Origin: Auanema rhodensis
Lineage: Eukaryota; Animalia; Nematoda
Length of the DNA: 64,000 nucleotides
Assembly (NCBI GenBank): GCA_964057225.1
Contig: OZ059895.1
Span: 6,262,001-6,326,000, forward strand
Direction of reading: 5' to 3'
Shown: in pieces, positions 60,744-64,000 of the stretch
Numbering within the stretch: the first letter of the stretch is position 1
How the letters are laid out: each line of letters begins with the position of its first letter
Notes under the pieces: generated by a model
What the model was told of the DNA's origin: nothing
The model's database searches: none
What the model saw: the letters and a program-made list of their open reading frames with translations, nothing else
Translations under genes and position numbers: made by a program

Positions 60744-63700
60744 CTAGTTGTAGAACTTCTTTCCATTCTTGGCGTAATCTCTCAATAATTGGCATGGCTC
60801 AAACTGAAAAGAGGATTCTTACTTTTCCCAACATTTCATGGTTTGTTGTTCATGTCGAAATCAAAACATACTTGTTCACGAGCGTAGGCAGAAGCGAACT
60901 TGTCCATGGAGTTGACAAGCTTCTCAGCACCATAGAGATCTAAGAAGCGGAATGGTCCTCCCCAGAAAGGTGGGAATCCAATACCGAAGACGGATGCAAT
61001 ATCTCCATCAGACTATAAATTAATTGATATTCATGGTATACTGAAATTCATCGAATAACGTACAGGAGATGCAATAACTTCTTCTTGAAGACAGAGCACA
61101 GCTTCGTTAATGAAACGAGATGCAAGTCTAAGTTGACGATCTTCTGTTGTGTTGCTATAAAAATATCATCATGAATAACTCAGAAAATGCTAGTTACCAG
61201 TTGGCTGGAGCAGTCAAACGGTACTTCTGGAGCAGCTTGGATGCTTCCTCGTTAACGCGCTTGCTTCCCTTCTTACCATCTCCGTAAAGATAGATACCTA
61301 GATATCAGAAATTAAAACAGGTAAATATTTAAATAAAAAACAAACCCTTTCCATTCTTCTTTCCGTAGAATCCAGCGTTAACCATAGAGGTGAGAAGTTC
61401 AGCATTACCACCCTGGACACGTGGGCCAAGAGCTTTGCCCAAAAACTCGGCAACATGAGCTCCAACATCAAGACCAACCTTAAAATAGAAAAAAGAAGTT
61501 AACTCTTTTAGTAATGATACACCTCATCAGCAAGAGTAGCAGCTCCAACTGGGAAACCGAATTGCTTAGTAAGTTTATCAAGATCATTTGGAGAAACTCC
61601 TTCTTGAAGGAGTCTGACTACTTCTGACATCATGGGTCCAAGGCAGCGAACAACAAAGAATCCTGGGCAATCCTTGAAGAATTCGATTGTAACATATCAT
61701 TAAATAGGTTTCTTTCATACCTTAACAACAACAACCAATTTTCCTTGCTTAAGGCCAGCACGAGCAGCAGTTGCAAGAGTTTCTTTGGAAGTTCCGTCAT
61801 GAACAATAATTTCCAAAAGTTGCATTTTGTCAACAGGTGAGAAGTAGTGCATTCCAATAATCTGGATCAAAGTATTGTTGGAAATATGAGAGATATATTA
61901 GTTTTAACCTTATCTGGCCTAGCAGAAGCTTTGGCGATTTCCTTGATTGGAAGAGCAGAGGTATTAGAAGCAATAACGGTATTCTAAGAAACAAATTTAC
62001 ATTCAAACAGATTTGTTGAAAAAAGAAACATACGGGTCCAACAATGCTTTCGATTTGCTTGATAACTTTATGTTTCAAGTTGATATCTTCGAAAACTGCT
62101 TCAATAACAAGATCGGAATTCTTAATAGCATTGTAATCAGTTGCAGCAGTCATGTTGGAAATAATGCGTTCCTTTTCAAGCTTATTAATCTTCTTTTTCT
62201 TCTGTTGAGTGTTCAATTGAGTGATTATTTGGTTTTGGCCACGCTCCAAACCCTGAAGCATTATAACTTAAATAATTAATCGAGAACTTGGTAAATTACA
62301 GATTCGTTCATATCGATCATGACGGCTTTTACTCCCTTGTCAATAGTGACATTAACAATACCGGCACCCATCAAACCTGCTCCAATTACGGCAACCTCGC
62401 TAAAAAAAAATTGTTATACTTAGGAGAAGAAAAACATACTTGACAGGGATTCCTTCTCCGTATTTGCTTTTCTTAGCTTCAGTGGATCCATTGAATAATC
62501 CGATCAGAGCAGCAGATTGGTAACTTTGAGTAAGCTCTCCAAAAGCCTGTAACCAAAACTTTACAAAACAAGCATTAATCACGACATTACCTTAGCTTCA
62601 TGAGCATATCCGGCTTCACCTCCCTTGATAACTCCAGTGCGAATAACATCAAGAATCTTTAGAGGAGCAGGGTAGTTACCAGCAGTCATTTTCACGATCT
62701 GAAGAAGATATTTTTCCATTATTTGAAATGAATAAAACCTTTTCTCTGGCCATCTTCAAAACCACATTGTCCAAAACTAAAGAAGATTTTATAATCTGAA
62801 AGTACAAATTTACTTTTCCACAAAGAAATTACTCATATACCGATTGGGTGAGATTATAAATCTTCCCCTTATCGCGGTTGATCTTTAGAGAACCCTCAGA
62901 TAATTGACGAGCAGTTTTGATAGCTACTTCTTCCAAATATCTAAATGTCTAGTTGACAACATAATTTTTCAAATTGAAAAACCTGTGAGTATTCTTTACA
63001 CCAGGTTCAACACCATCTCCAAGAGGTTGGATGACCTGATCCACTAAGCCAATCTTCTTAGCCTTGTCAGCCTTAACACGCTTTCCGGTAAGAATCATAT
63101 CAAGGGCGTTTTGGAGAGACACAAGTTTAGGCAAGCGTTGGGTTCCACCTGCACCAGGAAGAAGACCAAGCATGACCTGAAAAGAATTCGATTAATTTCA
63201 TCTAAAGATTCAAGCTCTCACCTCTGGTAGAGCCAACTGTGTCTTCTTGTCGTTAACAGCAATTCTATAGTGGCAAGCAAGAGCCAACTCAAGACCTCCA
63301 CCCATACAACTACCCATGATAGCGGCAACAATTGGCTTAGTAGATTTTTCAAGCTTGAAGAACTGCTCCTGGCCACCCCTCAAACAATTTTATATAGAAA
63401 TACGTGTTCCAGTTTAAAATACTTTGCAATAGCTTCACCATCGGCAGCGGTCTTAGCATTCTTTAACATGTTGATATCGGCACCAGCAACGAAACTATTG
63501 GGTTTTCCAGACATGAGTACGATTGACTTAACTGAATCATCCTTTTGAGCCTAAACAAAAAAGTAGTTAAGCATTGGAAAATTTACTAACCGATTCCATG
63601 GCACTCTTGATATCATTGCTAACAGCCTCATTCAAGGTGTTCTCCTTCATATTTGGAGCATCGATCTTGATGATAGCAACATCTCCATTTCTTTCAACTC

Positions 63701-63931
63701 TGACTGTTCCTTAAGGTTATATCATTTTGAGGAAAAGAATCTCATAACGAACCTTGATTCACCGTCTGGGTGGTGCTGAGTAAACGAGCAGAGGGAGCTA
63801 AAAATGTTGAGATATTTAGAAATAATAATAAAGATATTATAATGGAAATTAGAATTAGTTATATTCTTCGAAGATTTTAAACTTTAAAACATACCAAAGA
63901 GCTTCTTTCCATATGCCAATCGAGACAGCAT
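60744..63931 (-). CDS. HADHA: Mitochondrial trifunctional enzyme alpha subunit (enoyl-CoA hydratase/3-hydroxyacyl-CoA dehydrogenase; ech-1 family)
   Basis: The presequence [12 protein letters not shown] is followed by [95 protein letters not shown] and [16 protein letters not shown], and ends KKFYN*. Confidence 0.96.
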
Positions 63932-64000
63932 GATGGAAATCTGTCTGAAATGATATAAATAAAGAAATAAACTGGGTTACAAGAATATAATCAAAAATAT

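Overview
This is AT-rich eukaryotic DNA from a nematode, most likely a rhabditid (clade V). The evidence is ~40-55 bp introns, operon-like gene spacing, and nlp-8, drh-3, cuticlin and Str-type receptor genes. I reconstructed 17 genes by hand, in order: (1) a giant acidic-repeat/coiled-coil protein ending in a CaaX box (CENP-F/HCP-like candidate); (2) drh-3 directly downstream; then a ~15 kb (GA)n- and CRE-rich noncoding region; (3) nlp-8; (4) a secreted protein of unknown function; (5) PDCD5; (6-8) a DPP3 - WDR61/Ski8-like - Schlafen-domain cluster; (9) a ZP-domain cuticlin; (10-12) two small His-rich genes flanking a coiled-coil gene; (13) a DEG/ENaC channel with an intronic truncated mariner; (14) a Str-superfamily GPCR; (15) an X-box-preceded ZNF474-like gene; (16) a 58-aa membrane microprotein ending KEFYV that the ORF track missed; (17) HADHA/ech-1. 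The most notable findings are the syndecan/neurexin-tail-like microprotein, a stand-alone Schlafen nuclease with intact catalytic residues next to a Ski8-like gene, and AP-1/CRE/GATA-flanked poly-His microproteins. Also notable are relaxed splice-site usage (many AAG acceptors, four GC donors), a candidate poison exon in drh-3, and a recurrent TAACTA(TA)nTAGTTA palindrome. Exon boundaries were read by eye and no database searches were run. Family assignments come from recalled motifs.
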